Part shown: positions 12,101 to 24,491 of the stretch, in pieces
How the letters are laid out: each line of letters opens with the position of its first letter
Numbering within the stretch: the first letter of the stretch is position 1
Assembly (NCBI GenBank): GCA_045837725.1
Contig: JBEWZL010000232.1
Coordinates: 1 to 64,000, forward strand
Origin: Vermamoeba vermiformis
Lineage: Eukaryota
Reading direction: 5' to 3'
DNA length: 64,000 bases
Made by a program: the position numbers and the translations under genes
Notes under the pieces: generated by a model
Database searches by the model: none
What the model was told of the DNA's origin: nothing
Seen by the model: the letters and a program-made list of their open reading frames with translations, nothing else

Positions 12101-15100
12101 CCGAACAAAATTGCGGAGGAAAACACTCTGATTGAGTAGTTGTTGGTCGAATGCACTTTTGATTGACGACTCCTTTGTACTGCAAGCCATTGAATGACCC
12201 TCCAACAGCCGCGCACTCGCTAGCGGTGGCACTGTTTTGATACTCACAGTGAGCGAATATGGACACCTGCAAGTGCTTAGTACATATCATACTATATTGG
12301 CACCACTTACCTCAGCACAAAACCCCGATTGACATGCGCCACAAAAGTAGTCTGAGCCGAGATTGGGATCGGTGCAGTTCTCTGTAGTAAAATTAGTAAC
12401 ACGGTTACTCGTGCAAATGTCGCTGAAAGGGTACGTACGAATGTTGCAATAAGGATCGGTGAGCGAATTACAAACAGCCCAATTGCATGCGCGCACATTG
12501 TTGCATTGATCGTATGGCACGTTCTCGTTCGCGCCTAAGCAGGCAGGTACACCACCAGAGGCCACGAGCGTTTGCACAATTTCGTCACGAGAAGATGCGG
12601 CTTGAAATAGAGACATTAGAACCTCATTTGATGTGTTCGATTACTCACTATTCAGACCGAGATCTTGTTTCACGAACAAGACTGAAAACGGATCCACATT
12701 GATTTCCACGCACTAGTAATAAGTTAGATGAATTCAATTATCAACTCAGTAGAGTGAACACGTACCCTCCAAGCAGTTGACATGATGATTTCAGAGCTGA
12801 GGTTCTCGACATCGGTGAAATCGATAAATTTGCAGCTGGTGACATTGCGATTACCGGTAGGCACAACTTCGCACACTTGCGTGGCACACTCATCATCTGT
12901 CGTGCAAGGGACTGAACATACACCAGTCGGCAAGCAGACTGATGAGGCATCAATGCCAGTACAATATGCACTAACCCAATTGTTAGAAAAATTTGTCCCA
13001 AAAACTTGACAGCGAACACGTACTCGGAATTGCAGTAAGTGACGTTGACAGCACGAATGCATGCTTGAAGTTCATCGAGGACATCTAAGCCTGTACCAAT
13101 AGCCTAAACGAGCTGCGATTAGAACGTACTAGCGCCAGATATTTATTTGTGATTACTTGTGTGGTTCGAATAGCGCAGCCAGTCCGACGATCACCCGTTG
13201 AAGCAGACAGCGTGATGTAGTCATTTAGCAAGTTCTAAGACATTATTAGCATGTTATTTGATATGCAGTCCAATTACTTACCGTGACGCAACGCGGAGTC
13301 TCGCACATATTTGACACGGCGTCTGACGCTACTTCAAAGCCCGAAACAACACCTGAAACATCGCGAGAAGCACAGCATTCCGTGCGTTGTAATCTATTCA
13401 CCAATTAGCGTCAAATACAATGCCTGAGTAAATCGAACATACACGGGATTGCAGCACGGATCGTTCAAATAGGCATCAGATCTATTCGATTCGATGCACA
13501 TATTGGAGTCATGAACGGTGACTTCCCTCCACGCTGACTGCAACAAACTTCTGTCCACAAGATCAGTGCACGAGCTCCAATCATCAGATGTGACCCACAA
13601 GAGAGCCTAGCGGAGCATTAATATAGCTAGCAGAAAATTATTTGTAGTACGTACTCTGAAGAAGTATTCGTTGGTCTCTTGATAAATTCTAGGTGAAGAA
13701 TTGCCCAGATCCGTAATGCGGTCTCTGAAATCTGATCGGATTTGTTAGGAAGTACTGCGCGATGGAATCAAAATCGTTGTAGTTACTCGTCAGTGTCTCG
13801 TTAAAAGCCACCGGATCACACGGGATGTTAGTTTTAAATGGCAGTCCAACAGCGTTCCCGAGTATTTCAGATTGGTTATTTGCTAGAGTAGGGAACATGA
13901 ACACGCAACTCGGATCCGAGAAACGAGATTCAGGGAAAGGAAAGGCAACATTGGAGATCTATTTAACGAGGAGATAAGCTTAATATTAAATATAGTCTGT
14001 GGCACGTACTCTTGCATTAACAAATTGATCTTTACGGATGGTAATTCCAGTAGAAAAACGGTTTGGATGTGCAGTGTACGGCTCTATGCCACTGAAAAAG
14101 GTCGATTAGGCAAAAGAGGGATAATAAAATTAATGTATACCCGATCGCTTTCATCAAAGAAAACATTGGATCATCTGCTGCAGGCGTTGGAAAGCACCCC
14201 GATCTTTCTCGGCACTGCTGCGCCGAAAATTGCAATCCATCGCATTGAATTTCAACAGGGGCTATAAATTACATTATAAATAAATCATATTAAAATGTTT
14301 CAATGGACTTACGAATCATGTAAAATTCTGACACCGGCAGCAACGGATCGGCTGAAAAATATTGGTGTTACCAACAAATGTAACTTTTAATTTCAGTACT
14401 TACTTGATACTATGAATTCGTATTGCGTAGTTATATAGGCTTCCCAACCAACGTACACTTCGCCAGTCCAAGCCGGATTTAGTTCTCTGATCCTCGAGCA
14501 GCAAAGCGAGAGGCCGTTGGAGCCATATTCAGCCCGAATAAAGTCATTTACAAACAACGAGGCTGAGCGGAATTCAGGTCTAATTGAAACCGCCAAAAAT
14601 ACCTGCCCTATTTATGGAAAATAAATTAATTTGCAAGTTGAGCAACGGAAAATCGAATCATTCGAAATTGAATGGTAGAAGATAGCCTTCCGAGCCCTTC
14701 CGAGTCCTTCCTCAAAAATAATCGAGATAAATCAGGTGAGAAAGCTCGGGATCTGAAATTTGATTGACCACTTTTTGTTACCTGATATTGCTTTGCTTAA
14801 AATTGATACTGAATGACATGTCGCATAATTTGACACCTTGAATGAGTATCGTTGATACATGTCCGCACTTTTTGTTCCAGTCAAATTAATATTCGGCGAG
14901 CCATTATTGGCATCCAAGCAGGTTCGATCGTATCCATCTTCTAGCGGTGTATAACAACCCGTTACATTAGGACTTGATGAGCAGCAAGGCACAAATTTCG
15001 TGCGGTTGGCTTCGGCGAACTCGATCGGGCACTGAACTTTATGAAAGACTTCTTGATCGAGTTCTAACGTTATAATATTACTAGTAATAGTTTGATCAAT

Positions 15101-15238
15101 AAGGCTAAGTTGTTTAGTTCGATAAGTGAAGTTTACAATCTTCAAGGGATCGCCAGAAACCCCTAGGATGTCAACCAATATAAAAATACATAGGACAAAT
15201 ATACATTTCGTACTAATATAATTACGTGAATATTTCAT
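9178..15238 (-). CDS. Large Cys-rich surface receptor with C-terminal 7TM domain (TOM1/THH1/GPR137-like), multi-exon
   Basis: Signal-like N-terminus, many Cys-rich exons, then seven hydrophobic helices ending LYLTEMPPAIIFVIMF. Confidence 0.7.
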
Positions 15239-15574
15239 GAGACGTGGTATTTAGCACGGTGCGTTAAAAAGAATGGGGACCCAAATGTGTCCAAATTGAC
15301 ACTCGTCAGTCCAAAAAATCTGTGCACACATTTCGCTTCTGAATCACTCGTATCAGGTAAATTACTATCTCGTTACGATTCTATGTATTGTCAAATAGTG
15401 ACGTATAATGAATAATTATAAAATATTAAATTTTAATCCATAACAGAGCGTGCTCGGTGGACCTGTCACTCGTCACCTAATTTCAAGCGCGTGCGTAATT
15501 CTGCTTTTGTTAAATAATTAAACATAAAGAAATACTGTCATACGCATGCAATTATAAAAGTTTAAACAGTAATA

Positions 15575-18500
15575 ATGGTACGTGAATGGATCGCGGTTAA
15601 GAAAATTGATCTGCGTATCGATATCTTCGTATTAAACTCGTGCTAAATTAATGACAGGAGGAAATACTATTAAATACGGATGGATGCATTAAGGGTAAGT
15701 CGTTTCAAAACAATTTTAAACAATTATTAAAATTAACGGCGAATCTGTAAATTAAAAATAAATTTGTAGGCGCTTGCATGGCAAAACTGATGGAACATAT
15801 AACGTTACCTGGAGAAGAACAACCGGGTACGCTTGTTGATTAATTTTTCTTTGCTGTCTAACGGCTAAATGGCTCGATCAACAGACAGATCTCGCTTAAC
15901 CAGGGACATTCTGTTCATGCATAGAAACTTTTCGACACACTCTGAATTATTTGACGCATTAATGAATAGATATCCTTAATAACAGGCTTACCTATTGAAT
16001 TCTTTTTCTTTTGTCACGTATCCAGTTCCCTTGAAATCTTTCCTTAACATCTATCACATTCTTAAAGTCTGCACAGGCAAATACAAGTAATTTGACTGCT
16101 ACACAACAAAAGTAAGCTCAGCAAAAAAATAAATTCCAGGACGAAATTTTATTTTCGCGACTAGCCGCTCTACCGAGCAATAGGACTAGTAATAATATGT
16201 ATTATTTAGAGTTCTCGATACCTTGCAACAATGGATCACGCAGTACCCTGACGACTGGGCGCAAGACTCCAAGCTACGAAACAAAGCAAGAGCTTTCTTA
16301 GACAACAATCCAGCTTTTAGCGCACACTTCGAGACACTATCACAACAAGTAACGCAAACGAAGCGCCAATTTGTTAAGTTATACAACGCTTGGGAGATCG
16401 AAAGAACTCGTACGTAATTTTCTAATTTTTCTCAATCCTTCGTACGTGCGTAAATTATTTTATAATATTTTTATTATTATTTTAGCGGTATTTGACGCCA
16501 ATAAAACGGATCTGCTCTCGTGGGATCCGACAGATCTTGCCAAGGAAATGTTTCTATTCGACGCCTCGCTCTTTATCGAAGTCCATCGCACTGATTTCTT
16601 AGGACTACTTAATAAATCAGAAGATGTCGAGTATTTCACGAGATTTGAGTCCATGGGCAAACGGGTACGACAAAATTCTAAGTTGAAAATTCAAAAACTG
16701 ACCGTACTACAATTAGCGCGTAGAATGGGTCGCCAGTGAGTTGTACAAACAAGATGCAGACAAAGCCGCGAGAAAACTGAAAGCTATCGTGATGCTCGTC
16801 GAGGTACAACCGAATCTGTGTTTTATCTTATTCAAAATTAACCCACTTGCTTAGGCCTGCCTAGAGTATAATAACCTGTTTGCTGCTAGCTATATTTTGC
16901 TAGGATTGCAAGGCGAATCAATGAACAAATTGAGCGCATGCTGGGAACAGGGTCCGACTAAGATCTTGACCTGCGCGAAGAACTTGAACGACAAAGTCAA
17001 GCAATTGCAAACCAACGATAATAAGACCACGACTTATATCCCTCATTTAGGTAACGTCTATTTTACCAACAAGATTTTGTAATTCACAAAACAGCGGATA
17101 TCCGCTTTACTTCCAGAAGCTAATTCGAACTATAGAGGTGCTTCGCGAGCAAATGCAACAAAGCTCAAAAGACATTGACAGCATGCCACCAAACGTAATC
17201 AACATTCAGTGGGTCAGGAGGTTTTCAGGTACGCGAGACTCGGATCCTTCAAGATCTGTGCCCTTTACTGACGTTTCTACTCGCAGATATATTGATGCCT
17301 ATTTACACCGCTGCACAAAGACTGCTCAAATCCACACCTCCTTTCCCTTACAATCTCGCTGCGAGATATTTCTTAACCAATCTTAGAGTTATCGAGAATC
17401 GAATACCAGACGAAGGTAGAGCCACAACTATTGTCTTCTCGCGTAATTTACTCATTTGATATGTTTGTATTAGGTGCGGGCGCTGCAGCTGCCAATCAAC
17501 TGACGGAAAATGCCGAGGACACAAAGCGAAGGAGGCCGTGGGCTTTACGAAGAAAAATATACAATGGTATGCTTGTCTACTCAACTTATTATACAATCTG
17601 TTAATATTTGTGTTAAGGTCGCTTAGGCCGATTATTCGGACGAGGCAGCAGCAACAATGTAATCAACCAAGAAGTTTCTTCGAGACTAGCACTGAGTGAC
17701 GAAGGAGATTTCGATCCGACTGATTTGCGCAGCTCAGCTAGCTTTATGTCGCTCGAGAAGCAGCTTGAAGATATTGAAGGCATTATTTCTACGAAATCTC
17801 AAAAGTCTGATGACGCAAATCTAAGGTTGGTCAAGTTCAAAGAGCTGTTGAAAACTGAGAGCAATTACGTATATTGCTTGGCTTATTATGTCAATAACAA
17901 TCTGAACGAGCTAAAAGTCAACAAGATCTGCTCGCAGAAAAAGATTGAGGTAAGTATCAGTATGTACTTTTACGAGAGCAATACTAATATCTATTTGAAG
18001 ATATTAAGCGGTAATATAGAACATATATTGCACTTCCATCGGTCGTTCTTGAACGCATTGAAGACTGCGTACTTGAATTGGAACGACAAAACAACCGAAG
18101 TCGGCGCTATTTTCCTTAACTACGTAAGCCTATTTGTTCGTATTAAATTTATCAACACTGACCTATAAATATGATAGCATCGATACTTTCACATCTACAT
18201 TGACTTCGTAATGAATTTCGACTTGGCAAGCGAGGTAATCGAAAAATTGAAAGTCAAAAATACATTATTCGCCGAGCTGGACGAGGTAAATATAGTCCGT
18301 TAATATTATATATGGTACTGATGATTATATAGCGGCTGAAAAACGAAGACGAATCTCAAAATTTAGACTTTGCGTCAATTTTAATTCGGCCAGTCCAGCG
18401 CATCCCTCGCTACATATTGTTGCTCGAAGAGATGCTAAAGGGCACAAATAAGACTCATGCAGACTATAATAAGCTCAAGGATGCTTTGAGTAAGTCATTT

Positions 18501-21371
18501 AAGACCTTTTGGTTGTCGATCCAGATCCTAATTTTGCTCGTAGGAAAAATGAAGTGTACAGCCGATCGAACAAATACCGCCAAGAAACTAAAGCAACAAA
18601 AACAGCGTGCCATTCAACTCGACAAAATCATTTCTGGAGTTCCTGCTTCGGTATGTGTTTAACCCATTTTCTTCGATCTCTTAGTAGTGACAAAATATTG
18701 ATACAAATTTAAATTTCTACGTCTTTAAATGTCACTTGAATGAAACTTACTAATATGATGCTACCCAGATGAGTTTGTCTTCGCCTCAAAGAAATCTCGT
18801 CGCAGAACACAAGCTCTTACTCGTCAAAGAGAAAGATATCTTGCCGGTCACGCTATTGATATTTTCGGACTGTTTGTTGATTGCTAAAGACATTTCGAGC
18901 TCGAGAATGGAATTCTTGGCCTTGTTCGATGTGTTGCACTCTAAATTCAAAAAGAGCACCGCGGAAGATGGTAATTAGTTACTAGGAATATCGCAGTTTA
19001 AACCCAAATTAACGACTATTATGCAGTTAAAAAGAATTATCAGGTCAGCGTTCCAGATCGAGATTTCTTTTTGGAGATCCACCACAAAAAACGAGTAAGC
19101 TCTCATTGTCCTACGCTCATATCGATTCTAATCGCCTATAATTAGGTTTATTTATTTGCAGTCGAAAGTAGAATCAAGCAAAAAGACATTGCGTTTGAAT
19201 TCAATTACGTTACGAAGGTACTTTTTTATCAATTTTATTTAAGTGCATGGTCTTATTGTCATTTTTAGCAACACCACAGCCGCTTCTGGCGTACACTAGA
19301 CTTAGAACCAACCACTCCCAAGCCTCGTGTTGGTCACAGTACGGCAATTATTGGTGACAAAGTGTACCTCTTCGGTGGCTTTGACACGCACAAAACTTAC
19401 TTCAACGGCTTGCACATGCTCGACTTAGTGAGCAGTGTGTGGGAAGAAATCAAGCCGCAAGAAGGATTTACTCCGCCCAACCTCGCGTATCACTCGTGCT
19501 CCGTGGTCAGCGGAAAGTTGTACATATTTGGCGGCACCACAGCTGGCGAGAAATATTTCAATCATTTCTTCGAAGTCACAGTATCGGGTACGTATTTAAT
19601 AATAGAAGAGCATTATAAAGGAGATAAATGCCTAACGAGCGGCTTCAGACCTCGACTTGACAGCACATTGGACTCCGATTACACTGACTGGTGAACTTCC
19701 TGGACCTCGTGCCTATCACTCAGCGACAGTAGTCGACGACAAGATTTACATATTTGGTGGCATGACTTCTAATGGACCGTACAGCACGTACTTTGATGAC
19801 ATGTATCTCGTAGATACGGGTATGTTGAAGAGCTACTCATCCTCGCTCAACTGACTTGATAATGCAGTCAATTGCACGTGTGAAATGGTAGAAATCGTTA
19901 AAACAACAATAACAACGGAGGAACGAACACCTCGCGGCAGTTCAGAAACCACGCGCTCAACGTCGAGTGACGACACTGTCCGCTCCAGAAACAGCTTGGA
20001 CTCTGCGCGTCCGTCAAGCAGTGAATCAAGAGATGAGTCGCTGCCTTCTCGCAGTAGTTTGGATGGCTCTAGATCGTCCCTGGTGAATCAACAGTCAAGC
20101 GAAAAATTGACCTTGGGTAACCCGAGGAAACGATCTTCAACGATCACGTTGCCTGAAATTTCAGAAGTTAAGAAGAAAGATCGTAAAAAGCTTGAAAAAG
20201 AAGCAAAGAAGAACGACCGAAAGAAAGCAGCCATTTCAGCAGTGCCTCTTGTGCACGTGACTACAGCGGCCAATAACGTCATATTGCCGCTCAGTCCTAG
20301 AAAAGACGATCAGCCCTCCAAGCGCCAAAAAGCACTGTCGTTGAACAGGAAACCAAATTATCCCTCTGCTCGATCCTTGCACGCGAGTGTAGCCATGGGC
20401 CGCGAAATCTACATTTTCGGAGGTCAAAACCAGGACAAGAACACACTGAAGGATATGTTCGTGTTTGATACAGGTACGAACGCTCTAGATGCTTTTCATG
20501 AAAGAGTTCTAACTGAACTGCTTTTCAGAGACCAAGTTGTTCCGCCGGATCAGACGTGCTACGGGCTTCGTTCCGATGGCTCGTTATGGAGCCACAGCGC
20601 ACAGCTTGACCAACGAGACCTTTTTATTGTTTGGAGGTGCCAATGCAGAACATTCTTTCAGCGAGTACTTCGTGTTCAACAAAGGTAAGCTGAGGTTATT
20701 GTTGCGGATCTCGCGCTCACACAGATCTATTTTTTCAGTGAAAAATCAATGGCAGAAAGGCGTTGTAACAAATTGCCACATTCCCCCTCGCCACTGCCAT
20801 ACTTCTCACGTTGTGGTATGTCATTATTAGTCTTCTTATTAGCTCTAACATGATCAAAGGACTCGGCGTTGTGGATCTTTGCTGGATGTGCAACTCGTGA
20901 GGGTCAAACAGAAGCAACAGACGATGTATTAATTGTCAACGATATATGTACGCCCTTTCAAGTAATTCTATAATCTCTAATAATTCGGTTTAGTCGAGCA
21001 TCTCGAAGATCCAGAAATTTACCTCAAAACACGCAACGAGACAAAAGTTTGTCGATTAATGTACGCACAAACTTGCTTTACTATTACTCTTGCAAATAAT
21101 AATGCTCTATTTCAGATCCGAGCATTACAGCGGAATCAAAAAATATCGCTACAAACTGCTCAAACCGAGCGAGCCTCACAGCGACGACAGCTACGTGTTC
21201 AAGACAATGAACAAAGAGAACCAAGAGCTGTTGCTGACAATCGACGATCAACAGACTGAAATCGAGTTGCTGAAGTTGAAGAACGTAGAACTAGAGAAGA
21301 AAAACATCGATTTGATCTCTCAGCTGGAGCAACTCAAGCAGAAACTGGTTAAATATGAACAACAGCAATAG
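15575..21371 (+). CDS. Dual GEF: RasGEF_N + RasGEF(CDC25) + RhoGEF(DH) + PH + Kelch repeats + coiled coil
   Basis: IKGACMAKLMEHIT, VLDTLQQWITQYPDDW, PTDLAKEMFLFD, CLEYNNL, YIPHL (RasGEF); ELLKTESNYV and LIRPVQRIPRYILLLEEM (DH); repeated YLFGG/YIFGG (Kelch). Confidence 0.85.
15970..16057 (+). other. U12-type (minor spliceosome) AT-AC intron
   Basis: 5' end ATATCCTT, branch site TTCCTTAAC at 16040-16048, 3' end CAC at 16055-16057. Removal gives in-frame DALMN-R-FLKSAQ joining RasGEF_N exons. Confidence 0.92.
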
Positions 21372-21473
21372 ATCGTTTATACAAAATGTGACATGCTCAA
21401 ATGTGAAATAACAACAGAACTACTTTGTACGTGGCATTGTACGGTGGCAATTATACCTCGTGTTGATGTGGTA

Positions 21474-24355
21474 TTAATTTTCTCTTGCATAGAGACCAAG
21501 TAGGATGCATTGTAGTTTCTCAAGGGCCGCACTAGCTGAAATTCTTTGCACTGCAAATTTTGTTAGCACAATAATATATGATCAGCTGTTTGACGTACTC
21601 CAGTCTCCTGCAATCATTTTTGCAGCAATTGCTGATGCTTTGGGGCAGCTAAATCGGTTGGGAACCCGGCGAGTTAACTGCTGGAATAATCTGTAGTCAT
21701 TGTTTGAGGTGAGTTCTGTTCCATACAACTAGAATTGAAGTATGATGTCAACTTTATCAGCACAACAACCTACGCTGAAAAATAAGTGTGTATCTTTCAC
21801 ATACCAATGAAGTGAACATGAGACCAGCACTGAAGATATCTGATACATAACCAACATGACTTGATGTTCTGACTTCAGGGGCAGCATATTTCTCAGTGTA
21901 CCCTGTACAAGGCACTAATCTACAATAGGAGTCAATTACACAATATTGCACTTGATAAGAGTTGATCAATGACTTACGAGTTTTCATCCTCAGCAATAAC
22001 AGAGTAACCAAAATCAATAACCTTCAATGTAGAATTCACTGAATTATAAATGACATTGTCAAACTTAATGTCACTATGAATGACTCCCCGAGCATGAATG
22101 TCATGTAATGCCTAAGTTAAAAGCAAATTAGTAGGTAAATTAAAGTCTATCCATACCTTCAATAGCTGTATCATGTAGTTGAGCACATTAGTCAAAGTCT
22201 TAGCCTCAAAGTAGTGCTTGCCTTCAACATATTCTAGACCCAATGAGTATACCTCAGAGACTGGAATAACATCAGGAATGTACTTAAGACCTAATGGCCA
22301 TTGAATTAATACAGCCACCACCTATACAATGTAATGGTACATACCTTCAAGCAGCTTATATATTTTGCACTCATGAACCAGTAGATCATAACTGCTGTTG
22401 TAAAATTGTTTCACAATGATTTTTTGATTTGGAGGCAATGTCATTAACTTAACCCTTGCATTTGAGTGCTCATAAATGAATTCCATGGAACCTATGCGTG
22501 CATCATTTGGAGCTTGTCCAGTGGAGAGGCAATTCAGCACTGCAGGCTTTTTGTTCATTGCTGGGTTAGTATCTTTGTTAACTTGCTGATTGGAATTGTC
22601 ATTTGCTTGGGGTGAGATTTCCTTTTGTTTGTCCCTGAGAGTTGGGAGAAACTTTCTAAATTGCCTCACTCTAATTGCAAGGTTAGAAGCAAACGTCCAC
22701 ACAAGTGTCTAACAAGTGTACAAACCTAAATGTGCGCAATCGCCATAAAAAGATAGCAAAATGATAATATTCATACTGGCTTTGCAGATTCCACCCAAAA
22801 AGCTGAATGCCCTGCAATCGAGCAGAATGTACTACCTGATCTTTGCTCTTCATTCCCTTGGAACTTTCAGCATCCTTTGTGTAGTCATCAGAATCATTTT
22901 CAGAGTCTTTCAGTTGGTTGTCCTCTGGTTTATACTTCAATGGCAGACGCTGCAAAGGGTGCATCACAAAGAAATAAACACTCTCTTTTGCAATTGCAAA
23001 ACCAAAGTTGAGCAAGTCATTCCTAGCAGTCACAAATTGCATCACTGATGATGTGATTGCCAACTCAGCATATACCTTCACACTGTTAATAAACTTGTTA
23101 GAGTGATTTAAAACCAAGATTATATAAAACTTACAAAGTCTCTTCCAATTTTCCTTCACTCCGCTTCAATTCAGCGATGCAATCTAGCAGTAAATGTGAC
23201 CTGTCACCCAACTCCGAGGCAAAAGAGCTGAACGGAGGCTGGTCAAGGTTGAAAGCGTAATTGCCACAGAAAGCATCAGCAGTTGAGTTTTTATTCTTCT
23301 TCAGCCAGCCGTCAGCAATGTCTGGTTTCAGCGCGTTGGGCCCACTCGCAAAACTTCTCATTTTAGACGTAGCGATTGCATTATTTAAAATAGTTTCGTG
23401 CAAAGCGAACGGATTTAAACTAATCAACGGACATTAGAAACTTGGCTAATTGTAGAACTAGCACTTACGTAGTTACTAAACTATTAGTAGAAGCTGCACT
23501 AAATAACGGTTCGTAAATATTGGATCGCCACTGTGCTTCTGAGCGTGCGTCGTTTCCCAAAAAGTCATCGAGTAACTGAGAAGTAGTTAGTAAATTTGCT
23601 GGCTTGGTGATAATACGCAATTCAACTTGCCGTTTGGCGTATCTTCTCCGCTATTACCCAGTATTTATAGTAGGCGGTTTTGTTTGTGCCTATGTACGCA
23701 TCGAATTCGTCGGTTTGCTCTGGGATTTCCTTAAATGAGCAACCTTCGCGCTCGATCAACACCTATTGAAGATTAAACCAAAATACCTAGATTTATAAGT
23801 ATTACCTTAAACTCTCGTGTTGTTGGTAAAACAACCGGAGTCCGCAGCAGATCGATAATAGTCTGTACTTCAGGATGCTCCATACGGGGTGTGCTTTCAT
23901 CTAATTTGACCGTAAGGTGCGCCACGCCTTCATTTTTCAAGTCGTCCCACGTGAGCAGCGAAGAGTCCGTTGGTTGTTTTTTAAGATCTGCAAAAGAGCA
24001 GAGAAAAAATATTACTAAAAGATCTTAAACGTATGGTATATTAGTACCTTGGTGCTGCTGTTCCAAATTACGTTTAATAAACTTGGCCACATTGACCGGA
24101 TTTAGTCCGTCAACAAAATCCGTCTCTTGATCAGAATTTGTTGGAACGAAAGTTAATTTCATTAAATTTAAATTGAATTTGTTTCTTAGTAAACCCATTG
24201 TCAAGTCTGCGTCGGCCGGAAATTCATGATTAATTATTTGCAAATCTCCTTTCGTGTAATCCCACAAAGGAATTGTAACTTGACAAGATGTTAGTTTACG
24301 ATTACAACATAATAATAATCCTGCCTATGGTATCATATTCGGATTCCAGATCCAT
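21474..24355 (-). CDS. Protein kinase with upstream PD-(D/E)xK-like (REase) region; Crinkler/CR-effector-like architecture
   Basis: Kinase motifs IIVKQ, HECKIY, LEYVEG, IHSDIKFDNV, VIDFGYS, YAAPEV, SDIFSAG, RISA. Upstream SEAQWRSNIYEPLF...KPDIADG...IAELKRS...VYAEL resembles a REase fold. Confidence 0.7.
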
Positions 24356-24491
24356 TGTTGAGTTGTGGTTTTGCACAAAAAACGAACAAGAAGAAAAATG
24401 GCCGCAAATTCAGAACGCGATTACAATTATTCGTCGGTTTTATTTTACAAGTTGTTGCCCTTGCGAGCCATAGGAGCAAATATTACATGTT

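Noticed and set aside
14686-14711. CCTTCCGAG x2.5 tandem
   Set aside because: Very short intronic micro-duplication with no further structure.
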